Assembly: GCA_039545335.1 (NCBI GenBank)
Contig: BCIN01000004.1
Span: forward strand, 1,478,925 to 1,542,924
Source of the DNA: Kondoa subrosea
Lineage: Eukaryota
Direction: 5' to 3'
DNA: 64,000 bases
In this document: positions 13,155 through 24,871 of the stretch, piece after piece
Numbering within the stretch: the stretch's first letter is position 1
Layout: each line of letters begins with the position of its first letter
The notes under the pieces: model-generated
The model's input: only the letters and a program-made list of their open reading frames with translations
Told to the model about the DNA's origin: nothing
Database searches by the model: none
Program-made: the position numbers and the translations under genes

Positions 13155-13257
13155 CTGCGCAAGTCACCTGAAATGAATCCATTGAACTAAAGAGCGTGTA
13201 CTATCAAAGTAAAAGACTGCATAGAATGTTCGTTGAATTCGCAAATAAAGCTTCCAT

Positions 13258-14781
13258 TCAAGCTTTTCGACCATCCCGTTCATCTTCAGCTCGAATAAGT
13301 TCATCCGCTTCCAACAGAGCTCGATCTTCATCTTTTCTACTTTCTTCGTCTATGTCGAAAACAGTCTCTTCCTCTCCATTGCGTTGATTCATGGCGAAAG
13401 CGTTTTGCTGTTTCTGAGCTGCTTCCTTTTGACGCATTTCTCTATCCTTCAAGTAGGTATAAAGAATACTTCCCGCCAATATGAGAGTGATTCCTCCTAT
13501 TCTACCACTATTGTCCAAATCAATCAGATATTTGAGCAGGAAGAAATGCACAGGAAACTCGAACCTTGTCAAGACATCGTTGAAAAGACTAACGCCCAAG
13601 AAAGTTTGAATAACACCTCTGCAAGCTGATGAAACCATATGTGTTACAGGTGAAGTGATCTTGATGCTATTTCCAACATATAGATATATCAGTATCAAAA
13701 CTTGCTAATCAAAACAGCAAATACTGTTTGAAAACTCACCTAACGAAACCAGCGATACAAATCAAGAAACCAAACACCCCAGTAACCAAACCACCGACCC
13801 AAAACGTTCTTAAACCTTGACCACCTTCAGCAAACATGATTAAAATCGAACCAGTTTCCGCTAAAACCGCAGCAGGTAACATTATAAAGCAAGACAAGAA
13901 ATTTGAAAAGTAGGCTAAATCCATTGCTGAACCATTGACGACTGGTAAACTTCTTTTCACCACAATTGCATGACCTGCTGTAGTCATTGAAGAACAAACT
14001 CCCAAAAAGATACCCAATGCAGAAACGGAAAGGTTTTCAGAAGAAACGCCAACCATGAATCCTAGACAGACTATACCGATTGCGAGGTAAAGTGGTGGAG
14101 AAGGTCGAACGTTGAGGAAGATGTAAGAAAGGAGTGTGGTGAATGGTAAGACTAGACCTCGAGCGACTTGGTAGAAAGCAACGTCGACAAATTGGAGACA
14201 GTAAGTCTAACCGGGAAGATGAGCATAAGAGTCGCACTCGAGAATATCGGGAACAGCCTACGTTGAATGCGAGACCAATGCAGTTGATTGCTATGAGTGG
14301 AGTAAGGCCCTTGCATGTCGAGAGACGAAGCTCAGGGATCTTGAAGAGACCTGTTGACATTGTTAATAATAGCATTATAGGTATTGAAGCCAAAACGAAC
14401 CAAAGCAAGAAGCGATATGTAGACATACGACGGCTGTTGCTAGCTGAACCAAGAGGAAGAAAAGAGGGACTTGAACGGCATTGAGAACCCATTTATTGAC
14501 CATAACCATCTGAATGCAATAGCTTACTCAGCGTTTCGAAGACGCGACAATCGAGGCACGGCACTCACTACTAAAGCAGCAACGAGATAGAAGAGAACAC
14601 TAGCAGTCACAGCAGCTCTGCTACTCTGCTCTTCTGCTTTGGGCACTCCAGGTTTATCATCTCCAGTTGAAAAGCCATTGCTGGTAGAGATGCTGGGACT
14701 GCTGTAAGCTGGAGGAGGTGGACTGTTGGGCGTGCTTTCTGTTTGGTCTCCAGTAGAGACGGGCTGATATTTGCCAGACAT
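13258..14781 (-). CDS. Nucleotide-sugar transporter, GDP-fucose transporter (SLC35C1)-like / TPT family
   Basis: VLFYLVAALVMVMVNKW, CLQFVDVAFYQVARGLVLPFT, SIKITSPVTHMVSSACRGVIQT; many TM segments. Confidence 0.8.
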
Positions 14782-15206
14782 GATATGAAAATTGAAGCGC
14801 GACTCGAGTGAAGTGTGAGGGAGAGGTTGTAAGTGAAAAGAGTGTAGTGTGATATGTAGGTGTGTCGTGCTAGGTGTCTAGCAAGTAGTAGAGGCGATTG
14901 AGCGAGTGGTTGATCGTTGTCTTGGAGAGCGCGTCAAATATTATAATAACGGTTGGAAGTCTAAACAGGTCGCTGCACTAAATAAAAGGATGCTATTGTA
15001 CAATATCTGGCGTGTCAGACCACAGAAAAAACTCATCAGAAACCTTCGAGGAACAGGGTCAGACAAGGTAGCGGAACGGCATGTGCAAATCAGGCAAGCG
15101 AAGGGAAGACGAAGAAAGACGGAGACAGAGAAGAAGAAGGGCAAGGAGCAGCAATGTGGTGTTACAAGCTAGAAATACATTTCTGGTCATCGAACATCGA
15201 GAAGCT

Positions 15207-15685
15207 TCACTCTGTCGGAAAGAGATCTGGGAATTGAGCTGATAGCTGTACCACTGCTTCGACGAGCGACATGTCTATTGTACAAATGAGCTCCAGTGAT
15301 AGGAACGACAAGGCTCAACTGACCAATACTGGAACCCATGTTGATTGAAGTAAACTCTTGAATCGAATTGTCTTCGCTTGACACGCGTCCGATAACTTCA
15401 ACATACTCGTCCGCAAAGTGTGAGTCTGTCCTTACTGCTCAGCTTCGCGTTGTAAGGTGAGGTCTAGGATCGCACCTCTGTTCAACTTTATTGTTACTTG
15501 CCCTTGATCACTAGCTTCCAGCAAAGCAGTATCTCCTTCCAGCTAATCATCATTCACAATCAGTGCCGGATCTCCTGCGCATGTATCGCTTGTGGACTGA
15601 CTTTCAAGACTTTGCCAATAATTCGCACAGTCTTGCCTCCATGCTCATTCAGCTTCGTTGAGTTGACTCTAGGTGTGCAGTTCAT
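15207..15685 (-). CDS. RPA3: Replication protein A 14-kDa subunit (Rpa3/Ssb3)
   Basis: Spliced product MNCTPRVNSTKLNEHGGKTVRIIGKVLK...ALLEASDQGQVTI...YVEVIGRV...NMGSSIDMSLVEAVVQLSAQFPDLF; typical RPA14 OB fold. Confidence 0.9.
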
Positions 15686-15705
15686 CTTGATCAGGAGGGA
15701 GAGAG

Positions 15706-15711
15706 ACGCGT
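15706..15711. promoter_or_regulatory. Possible MCB element (ACGCGT) just upstream of RPA3
   Basis: Exact ACGCGT about 20 nt upstream of the RPA3 ATG. RPA genes are classic MBF/MCB targets in yeasts, but CGCG cores are common in promoters of this window. Confidence 0.3.
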
Positions 15712-16117
15712 CAGACCCGGATTAGATGCTTGTTCCGTGCAGAAAGTAAGCAACAACGCTTGACCTGTAACAGCGATGTATGGAAGACACCTGTCTGCCC
15801 AGCTATACCATGAGCTAGATACCAGTCTAGATATACCAGATTTGTTACATAGCCTCAATTCGCTTGCAAAATGTCTCAATCATGATATGTTCAATAGACT
15901 CAGCTCTGATACAATATCAATGCGAATCGCAATCTCGACATGCTGCTAAGCATAAGCTGCACGTGAAAGCTTCCGGCCAACTGATCTTTCGTCACGCGAG
16001 CGCAAGGCTCTGCTACTCCGCCTCACCATTTCAAGCATCTAAAAGCTTTTGTCCTATGCTCTGTTCCTATTCGTTTTGCATCTTCCTCGTCTCTATTCAC
16101 TTACTCCTGCCTGCATC

Positions 16118-17051
16118 ATGTCCTCTTTAGACAGGAATCATATGGCAGCTGTCTCGGCTGCCCTCGCTCATAACAAAATGAACGCGAAGAACACCTTCTA
16201 CAATGGCGGGAATCAAAGCAGTGAATTCAATGCAAATGACTTCTATGATTTCATTGCTGAAGGCAAGACATATCTTTTCTCCAAAGAAAAGAAGATTGCT
16301 TCTACTAGCCATAAAGATCAATTCTTATATCTCTATTGCTTAAGTTCAAAAGATCCTATTGTCTATCTCCAAGCTTGCTATTGCGCTATCCATGTCATCA
16401 TCATCAAAGATATTGCAGAACACGTCAAACAAGCCTTCGTATCATATTACCGTGGACCTTATTTCGATGGACCTGTAATAGAATCGGCTGGTAGACCAGC
16501 GATGAAGCAGAAAGCAGAACCAGCAAAGAAAGACAACTCATTTGATGGAAGCTTTGAAGAGTTATGCTGTGCAAGCAGGCTGTACCAGCTTAGAAACTTT
16601 TAACAATTCCATGAAAGACTACATTGCAGCGCGAGCACCTACTTCGGACACGGATCATAGTATCCTGCTGGCTGATATGGCGCGTCTTGGCTACAACATG
16701 CTTGTTCAAGAGATAACGAAGATCAACCTGAAGATCCAACAGAAAGAAAAGAAGAAGCTATTGGAAGAAGCAATGACGAGAAAGCACGAAGAAGCGAGGG
16801 TCGATCTGCTGAAACAGCATGAGATCCAACGAGGCGAAGCTCTTGTGCATTCAGTCAAAGGCCATTACAATCTTCATGAAGGCAATGCAAAAAAGAGGTC
16901 AGAATTGGAGAAAGTCCAGGATGAAGCTCTCATGCTGTTGGCCCGACGACACGCAGAAGAGCGAAGACAGCTAGCGATGGAAGCAAGATCCAGGCTTCGA
17001 AGTAGGACTGGAAATGCGGCTGAAGCAGCCGCTATTCGTAAAGTCCGGTGA
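16118..17051 (+). CDS. Orphan protein of about 300 aa with a C-terminal coiled coil, split over two frames (+1 frameshift or weak 49-nt intron)
   Basis: ORF from ATG 16118 (MSSLDRNHM...) overlaps ORF 16542-17051 (LMEALKSYAVQAGC...GYNMLVQEITKINLKIQQKEKKKLLEEAM...). The junction lies between 16475 and 16545. Confidence 0.55.
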
Positions 17052-17518
17052 TATGAAAGTGCAGATGGAAATCAAGAATCAAGTATGCACAGTGTACCGT
17101 TTCTAGATGCCTCGTTTTGTATTACTACTCCCCTGTACCATATTTAACGATTGAATGATATAAGCTAAGCTATGATACTCTCTCATTATTCCTCAAGAAA
17201 ATTTCATCAAGAAAATTCCAATGACGCTCGACGCGATGTATCGGGGCTGAGTGCTGACGCCTGGCGATCCGACTTTATCGATATTGAGACTTAAGGGTGC
17301 TTCCTCCTCTTCCGTGTATGAGATTGACTGCTCGACATCCAAGCTACTCACAATTGCGTTGTAGCAGGTGTACCTGACCCTTCGGTCCAAAGAATCGCTG
17401 CTTCTTGGGTCCATCACCAGCAAAGCTTATATTCATCCGATGAGAGGCATAACGAGCTTCTACGGAAGACTGGTTTCGCTTTCAGTAAAAAGGCAGCGCA
17501 CAATGAGGATTCTTACGA

Positions 17519-18544
17519 TCAAACAGCATTCAACTCATAATTGACAACCAGATTATCTATCATCCTAGTCTGACCTAACCACATTGCACCAGAAATGATG
17601 ACCGGCGTCTTGGCTTGCAATTCTTCCACCTCATTCAATGTATCCGGATCATTCAAAGTGATATAGATGGATTCTAATCTAATTCCTGACGCTTGTGCCG
17701 TTTGCGCGGCCTTTGCTATAAATCGTTCTCCTAACGAAATAGCTTCTTTTGCTGTTATTGACCCTAAAGATCTTTTGATCGATTGAGAGACTTGTTGGAG
17801 AGCTGCATAGAGAATAGGGGCGAATTGCATTTCTTCTTTTGTAAGGTACGTGTTTCTACTACTGAGAGCAAGACCTGTTTGAGGATGACGGAAAGTCGGA
17901 ACGATAACCAGATGTTGAGGAGAAGAAGGATGAGATAGTAAAAGATCTCGAACCAATTGACGTAAGACGAAACATTGCTGGATATCTTTTTGACCAAAGA
18001 AAGCTGTGTTTGGTTGAACGATGTTGAAGAGTTTCAAAACGACTGTTGCCACACCGCGAAAGAAAGTAGGTCGAGAAGCTCCTTCCATTTGATGAGAGAA
18101 TCCTTTGACTTCTACAAATGTTCCAACTTGCTTGTTCACATCTTGCTGGATTCCGCTTGGGTAAATCGCGGAAACAGGCGGAAGAAAGAGAGCAGAGACT
18201 TTTCTGGGTAGAGCAGAAGACGAAAGAGCTGCTATGTCGTGCTCTAGCGTTCGAGGATATGTTGACAGATCTTCTGTTGGCGCGAATTGAGCTGGATTCA
18301 CAAAGATCGACACAATTGTATAATCGCACACTTCGAGCGATTCTTTGACTGTCCGAATACTTGAGACTGGGGTGGCTCAGTCCAAGGTAGAGAACTGACC
18401 TAAATCCATATGACCTTCGTGCAGTGCACCCATGGTTGGAACAAAGCCTACAGTCTGGTCTCGCTTGAAAGCTTCTGATCTCCATGCTCTGACTTGCTCC
18501 ACAGATGTCAGGATAGGAAACGGAGCTGCTGGCAAACTGTCCAT
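17519..18544 (-). CDS. PAN6: Pantoate--beta-alanine ligase (pantothenate synthetase)
   Basis: VGFVPTMGALHEGH, VSIFVNPAQF, MEGASRPTFFRGVATVVLKLFNIVQP, FGQKDIQQ, GLALSSRN, TRMIDN. Confidence 0.97.
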
Positions 18545-19878
18545 CTTCGCAAGTTTTGGCTTGCTCTCTCTTCTTCTATAACCGTCACTCGCTGCAAATG
18601 ACACCCTCTTCAGCACTGTCACTGGATTGCTACTGGGCTTGCATTGTCTTATGATCTGATCGTTGTTGCTTGACGAGATTGGCAATGAAACTCGAATTCG
18701 TGTAATGCACTCTTCGGTCTTCGCAAAGCATTGGTCAGAGCATTCCTGATCGAGCAGCTATTAGTAGATCTGCTGCTAGTCATTTGTTCCATCCCATCTT
18801 CTGATTTATGAGAATATCTCTTCCATCGTGTTTCCTGGATCTGCTGAATGTTACTATCTTACTGTCTTTCTGATCACTGTCTCGCACTTTATTCTTCTGT
18901 AACGAAACTTGGTAGCGATCTCTCGGCGCGCATGCTACAACGCCAGCTATTATTGTCCTGGAGCGACTACTGTGCATTCCATGCTGAATCAATAGCTTTG
19001 AACTGCCTCGCGTATATCTAGGTTTGAGCTAGACAATTCTGAACAGACAATGCTGTCGTATTCTTTTCGTACATAGACTTACCACGAAGTTAGCTGATTT
19101 TCCCACCAATTGAAGCTTGTGTTTGCCTGGGTACTTTGGGACAAGACTTGTTTCTCAATATGAACTCATTCTTTCAACAGCTGAAACCTAGTTGCGGTTT
19201 GCAGTCGCATTCACCTACTGAGTAGCAATTACGCTGAACTTGGGTGATAAGCGGTTTCCTGCCTACCTGAAGTTCCTTTGGCACTGGCAAAAGAGCGGCA
19301 GAATGCTAATAGGCAGATCAGAGACAAGGCAGACAGCTGAGCAGACAGACGCGGAGCACAACACAACACAAAGCAGATCAACGCGCGAATCTCAGCTTAG
19401 GTAATCTAGCATGTGCTATACATTTCACAGATCACCCTTCCACTGCAAAAAAATATGAAGATTGATGCGAGCCCTCCGAAGAGAGTCGCATCGTTCAAAA
19501 TATTAAGCGACGCTACCCCCCAAAGGAGAGCAGCCTCTATAAGCCACTACCTGAAGAACTGATAACGTGTCGCTGTGCAATGGATGCGGCTCATAGAGGA
19601 CAACCACGATGCTTGAGCGCTCGTTGCCATCACAAGGTAAGTATGAAGAGAAAAGAAAGGGTTGCGAGGGATTTTCGAAGGTCATTCAGTCCGCGGATCA
19701 GGCCGTCCGTATGTCGGACGGTACAAGCCTTGCAATGCGATGGAGAGCAGAGGACAACAGGGACGCGTAGATGTGAGCAGTGTTTATGACGCTACGTAAA
19801 GTGCACCTTGCTCTGCAACCTCAACCCACCACTGATACTTGCTCGACGTGACTTCTCTCCTTGGCTCGTCCAGCAAGC

Positions 19879-21108
19879 ATGCAGCGTTATAGATCTGAAG
19901 TGTATGAAGGAGAAGATGGAGTGAGAGGAATCAAGTACAAAGGTTGGCATCTGGAAACAGCCAAACGACCTATTCTCAACGCGAGCGAAATCGAAGTGTT
20001 CGTCAATTATCGCACATCCAGCTGCTGAAAGCTCATCTAAAAGCGCAGAGCTACACAAGGATTGGATATACCTCTACCTGAGATCTGCTTTGGTCGAAAC
20101 TCGCTATCAATCAAGCAGAATGAACTCCCGCTCGAATACGCGTTCGAAGGACTGGACGCTCTGAAAGCCGTAGATGCAACAGGAGAAGGCAGCGGAATGG
20201 TCAAAGTAGCTTATGCTGCAGATTGGGCAAAGAGTAGACGTCTCAGTGGTGCTAGCGATCCGGTCAGCGTAGTCAAGAATTGGGATTGGACTTACACGAC
20301 GACGCATCCTGGAAAGTTGCAGGCTGAATCTACAGTGAGATGGGTCAATGCACTCTCCCATTGCATACTTACAAGCCAGACAGGTTTTCGCAGATGCACC
20401 GAATCATCCTGGAATACCTCTCGCCCAATTGGCATCGCAGAACGAACCCATTCTTTTCTTCGATGAAGTAACACTGTTTGAAGATGAGTTGCATGATAAT
20501 GGAATAGTAAATCTAGTTGTCAAAGTAGTGAGTCTTCTCGGTTTCAGACTCGCAACCAGATCTCACAAGTGAGACAACAGCGAGTCATGCCCTCCTGCTT
20601 CTTTGTGCTCTCTCGACTGTTCCTGCGAGTCGATGGAGTTCTCTTTCGGATCTTTGATGTCAGACTATATCATGCTTTTGGCTCAAACGAGATCATCAGG
20701 GAATGCAAAGGTCGACAGAATACATACGAAGCAGTGAAACAGGTATTCTCATCTTCCATAGCCTTATTTTCCACATTGACCAGATATTAAACACAGCGTT
20801 TACCTAGCGAGAAACCTCATGACCTTACACCTTTAACGGATAGCAATTGGGTAGCGAACGTCCTCGGCATGCTGGATGATTTACCTTCCCATCTCATTCC
20901 AGCTACTCAAGCACCTTCGAGCTCGTCGTCTACTTTACCTCAACTTTCTTCATCGAGAACGCTAGCTCAAGCATCTTGGGCAATACCGGAAGCAGCTAAG
21001 AAAGAGGACGACACGTCTGCAGCTTATCTGATAGCATCGCCAACCTCTTCGGCTTCGGATTGGAAAGGTTTAGGAACGACTTTGCAAATACTCAAGTTGA
21101 AAGCGTAG
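19879..21108 (+). CDS. TIP41: PP2A regulator TIP41
   Basis: KRPILNASEIE, IPLPEICFG, WDWTYTT, EPILFFDEVTLFEDELHDNG, RVMPSCFFVLSRLFLRVDGVLFR. Confidence 0.95.
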
Positions 21109-21623
21109 AACGAATCAATCGAGGTCCACGTCCTTACATGGCGGAAAAGTCGAATACGAAATCAATATACTGTCGTTCTATTTAACAGCGTCTTTACTTT
21201 GGCCTTTCTTTCCTCCTTATCACTTGCAAGCTGAAATGATCAAATATGGGTTTCTTACCAGTGCGAGCAGCTTGATCGCGGAAGTATGTCAAAATTCATT
21301 TCTGCCTTCTCTTAAATAGCTAAATAGTGAGCTCTTCAGTCAATAAAGTACTTGATGAGCAGAGCAATGTAAAGTTTGGCTGCGAGATTATGAAGGGTTA
21401 TATACAAGATATAATCCATAGGAGCAGTATGAAGATGAAGCCTATGGCTTTTGCTGTATAGTTTGTACTACTACAGCGCTCATCGTAGCTTGCAGCAGCA
21501 AATGTATTTCTGGCTTTCGTCATCTTCTAAGGACTACCACTTCCGAATCGCTTTCAGCTGATTTAAAGAGTGACCATACCCATAACTGCAGCCTATACCA
21601 CTACCCTGAGAGCTAAGCAGCAA

Positions 21624-22509
21624 ATGTTCACCGGTTTAATCGAAGTTTGTCATTGTTCAATTCGCAATTTGCCTTGCTCCATCGAATCTCATGTTCTCGC
21701 TTGCTAGCACTTGGGCACAGTCAAGGATATTCAAGAAAAGGATGACAGCTCAAGCGGAGGCAAAGGCTGGACTGTAACGATTGGTGATGCGAGTCAAGTG
21801 TTGACGGATTGTCATTTAGGGGACAGCATTTGTGTTAATGGGGCATGTTTGACTGTTACTGAATGGGATGAGGATTCTTTCAAAGTCGGTTTGGCTCCGG
21901 AAACGCTCTCAAGGACGGACTTAGGTCAGTCCACATTTGGGTGGAAAAGTATGTGTGAATAAGCTGATGAATGAGAGTACATAGGAGATTTGTCTGTTGG
22001 ATCTAAAGTCAACCTTGAGAGAGCTATGCAAACTGGAGCACGATATGGAGGGCATTTCGTACAAGTTAGCTGTCATTCATTATGACGTTTGTTTGGAACA
22101 CTCATGATATTTGCAGGGTCATGTGGATACAACAGCAACTATCATATCGAAAGAACAAGATGGGAATTCTATACGCTTTACTTTCCAATTACCAGAATCA
22201 GCAGCAGAGTATCAAGCTGGGTTGATTCCAAAAGGCTATGTAACAATCGATGGAACTTCTCTTACCCTCACTTCAGTCAACGATAAAGAAAGAAGTTTCG
22301 GAGTCATGCTTATTGCTCATACTCAAGAAAGAGTCATCATTACCGAAAAGAAAGTTGGAGATCGAGTGAATATCGAAATTGATGTGGTTGCTAAAGCTGT
22401 TGCCAAGATTGTGAATCAGACTCTGGAGAGCCATTTAGAGGGCGAGAGCAAAGTACAGAGTATGGTGGATGCTGCTGTAGAAAGGGCACTGAAGAAGCGA
22501 GGGATGTAA
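21624..22509 (+). CDS. RIB5: Riboflavin synthase
   Basis: N-terminal MFTGLIE, GDSICVNGACLTV, VNLERA, GGHFVQGHVD, KGYVTIDGTSLT, VNIEID. Confidence 0.97.
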
Positions 22510-22898
22510 GCATTTGGGCTTGAAATGAGTTGGAAAGCAAGAGTGTCGAACGGGCTGTAGGTCATCAACGTACAAGAAGTGTATCGTACGTCTAGCGTAT
22601 ACCAGCATTCTATACTTAGTGATAAAGCTTTTAGCGGATCCACAGTGAACAAAACAGACTTCTCAATGCCGGAAGAGTGATGCTGCTCCGATGCAGATCT
22701 TCTTCTTGCTTGTACAGAGCAGCGATCGACCGGTCGAGCCCTTGTCGCGTAAATAAATTTATTGTTTTTCTTTCATTTGACGCGTTTTTCCGTTGCAAGA
22801 TCAGATCTTTGCTGTTTTGAAGACTTAGATGGCTCCTGTAGCCCACCGACGACTCATCTCCCAGTTTTCACCACTTGCCTTTTTCACTAGACAGAGCT

Positions 22899-24685
22899 AT
22901 GGTGTCCTTCAAGAAGAAAGCTTTCTTCAGCTCACTGCCAATCGGTCTTTCGCTTCTCGTTCTATATCTATTCTTGCATAACGAAGAACCTTATGTGACC
23001 AAGCTGGATCCAGCGCTTCTCCTTCTCAACCCTCAAAATGCTCAGTCGAGTAGACCTTATTTACGGAACAATTTACGAAATGTGAGCATACCGAGTTTTG
23101 CATTGCTATCATTGTCTGATCAAAGAGGGAACAGAGAGCTATGCGAACTCTACAAGATTTCGAGACCTTGGATATGTCTGTGAAAGATCCTGCCATGCTA
23201 CCGCCTGGAGCAAGTCAAAGAGATTATGTCAGTTACAATAAGGTGAGCTATTCCTCTCTCTCTATTCACTATTCGGAATTCTGGGGCCTCATGCTTGCAT
23301 TTAGTACTGCTGGCAGACTGAAAAAGGATGGGAAAGAAGAGATGGTCGCATCAATCACGCAGTAACTCGTTCAGTACCAGATTACGATCTGTTTCGCAAA
23401 GTCGTTTCCCACGTTACTACTTTAGCTCTAGCCTATCATTTCAGCGAAGCCGATTATCTTTATCGAGAAAAAGCTTTGGATCTCATACATGGTTGGTTTC
23501 TTTCACCTGAAGCTGGAATGCTACCAAGAATGGAACATTCAAGTATATGTTCTGGTAAACCTCTCAATGATTCTATTCCTGGTAGCGGAAGTCGATCTGG
23601 GATCTTGGATCTGTTCCCGCTATCCCATATTTTCAAGGCAACAGAGATTTTGAGATTGGGTAAAGATGATCAAGGATTGAGAATCAAGAGCGGTTTGGTT
23701 GAATGGGCGAAAGAGTATGCAGAATGGCATGAAGTCCATCCGTTTGCTGCTTTGGAAAGTCGAGCTGTGAATAAGTGAGTTGCGACCGTTCTATGATGTA
23801 CTTGAATGCTGAAGAGGATTGCAGTCACGGAACCGCTTACGACATTCAATATCTGTCGCTGCTCCGCTTCATCAATGAAGAGCCATACTATCCGTCTATG
23901 TATGCAGCTCATGTAGAAAACTACGTTATGCCTCGGGCAATGAACGCGATACAAGTGAGATCCATTATTCCAAAAGAGTGACAATTGCTGATCCTGGTAT
24001 ACAGGTCGATGGTCGTCAACCATTCGAATTGGGTCGACCAGCTTCATGGGATTATTCGCTCTTCAATCTTCGTCTTGTCCATCTTCTAGCCTACGAACTT
24101 GATGCAGCTGCTTCAGATCTACCTGAGCATCTTAGCACAAGTCTCTGGACTCTTACACCTCCACCTTCGGCCCCTCTTGAAGAACAAGAAGAATTCCAAG
24201 ATGATCTGGAAACCTTCAAAGCAGTAGCTAATTCAACGGTGCCAACCTACGACACTCAAATTATGCCACCTGTAGTCGCGGCTCATGACTTTCTTCTTGC
24301 CCATGCACTAACGGAAGGTGCAAGTTGGCCAGTCTCAGATGTACACCAAGAATTCCCTGTTCAAACTCTACTTATCCTCATGGAAGATATCAATCAGAAT
24401 TTGGACATCATTCGAACAAATCGATATGGCTTAGGGAAAAGATGGTCAAAAGGAATTCTTCAATTGAGGTTGATTGACGAAAGGCAAAGAAGTCGATCTA
24501 CTTCCATCAAAAATTGGTTGAAGAGTCGATTCATTGAAAGTCAACAGTTGTTGGAGAAGAGTTTGATTGGAGCTACTTCGGCTGGCATGCTTTGGTTCGC
24601 AGTGCGGTTAGCTTGGCGCAGTATGAGACAGAAGAAGGCAGGGCCGGGACATCAAAGAGTTGGATCAATGGCTTTCAAAGCTTAA
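22899..24685 (+). CDS. Alginate_lyase-fold polysaccharide lyase (PL38/PL5-like) with hydrophobic segments at both ends
   Basis: LPPGASQRDYVSY, WFLSPEAGMLP, GILDL, spliced VNNHGTAYD, I..DGRQPFELGR..WDYSLFNL. N-terminal LPIGLSLLVLYLFL and C-terminal AGMLWFAVRLAW. Confidence 0.75.
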
Positions 24686-24871
24686 GCAAGTCGCGTCGTA
24701 ACAGTATTTATTTGTAGATAACCATTTCGCATTGCATAAATTAGATTGTAGAGACTATAACATATCGCCTCCAATATTACAAACTTGTGTGTAGCAAGTG
24801 CATACTGTGACGTCCCGTCCTGTGTAAACATGCTGCTCCCTCCGAAAGCTTGCATCCGGGACCCTCGGAGA

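Noticed and set aside
21110..21623. Riboswitch upstream of RIB5
   Set aside because: No FMN or TPP aptamer consensus is visible, and FMN riboswitches are not known in fungi.
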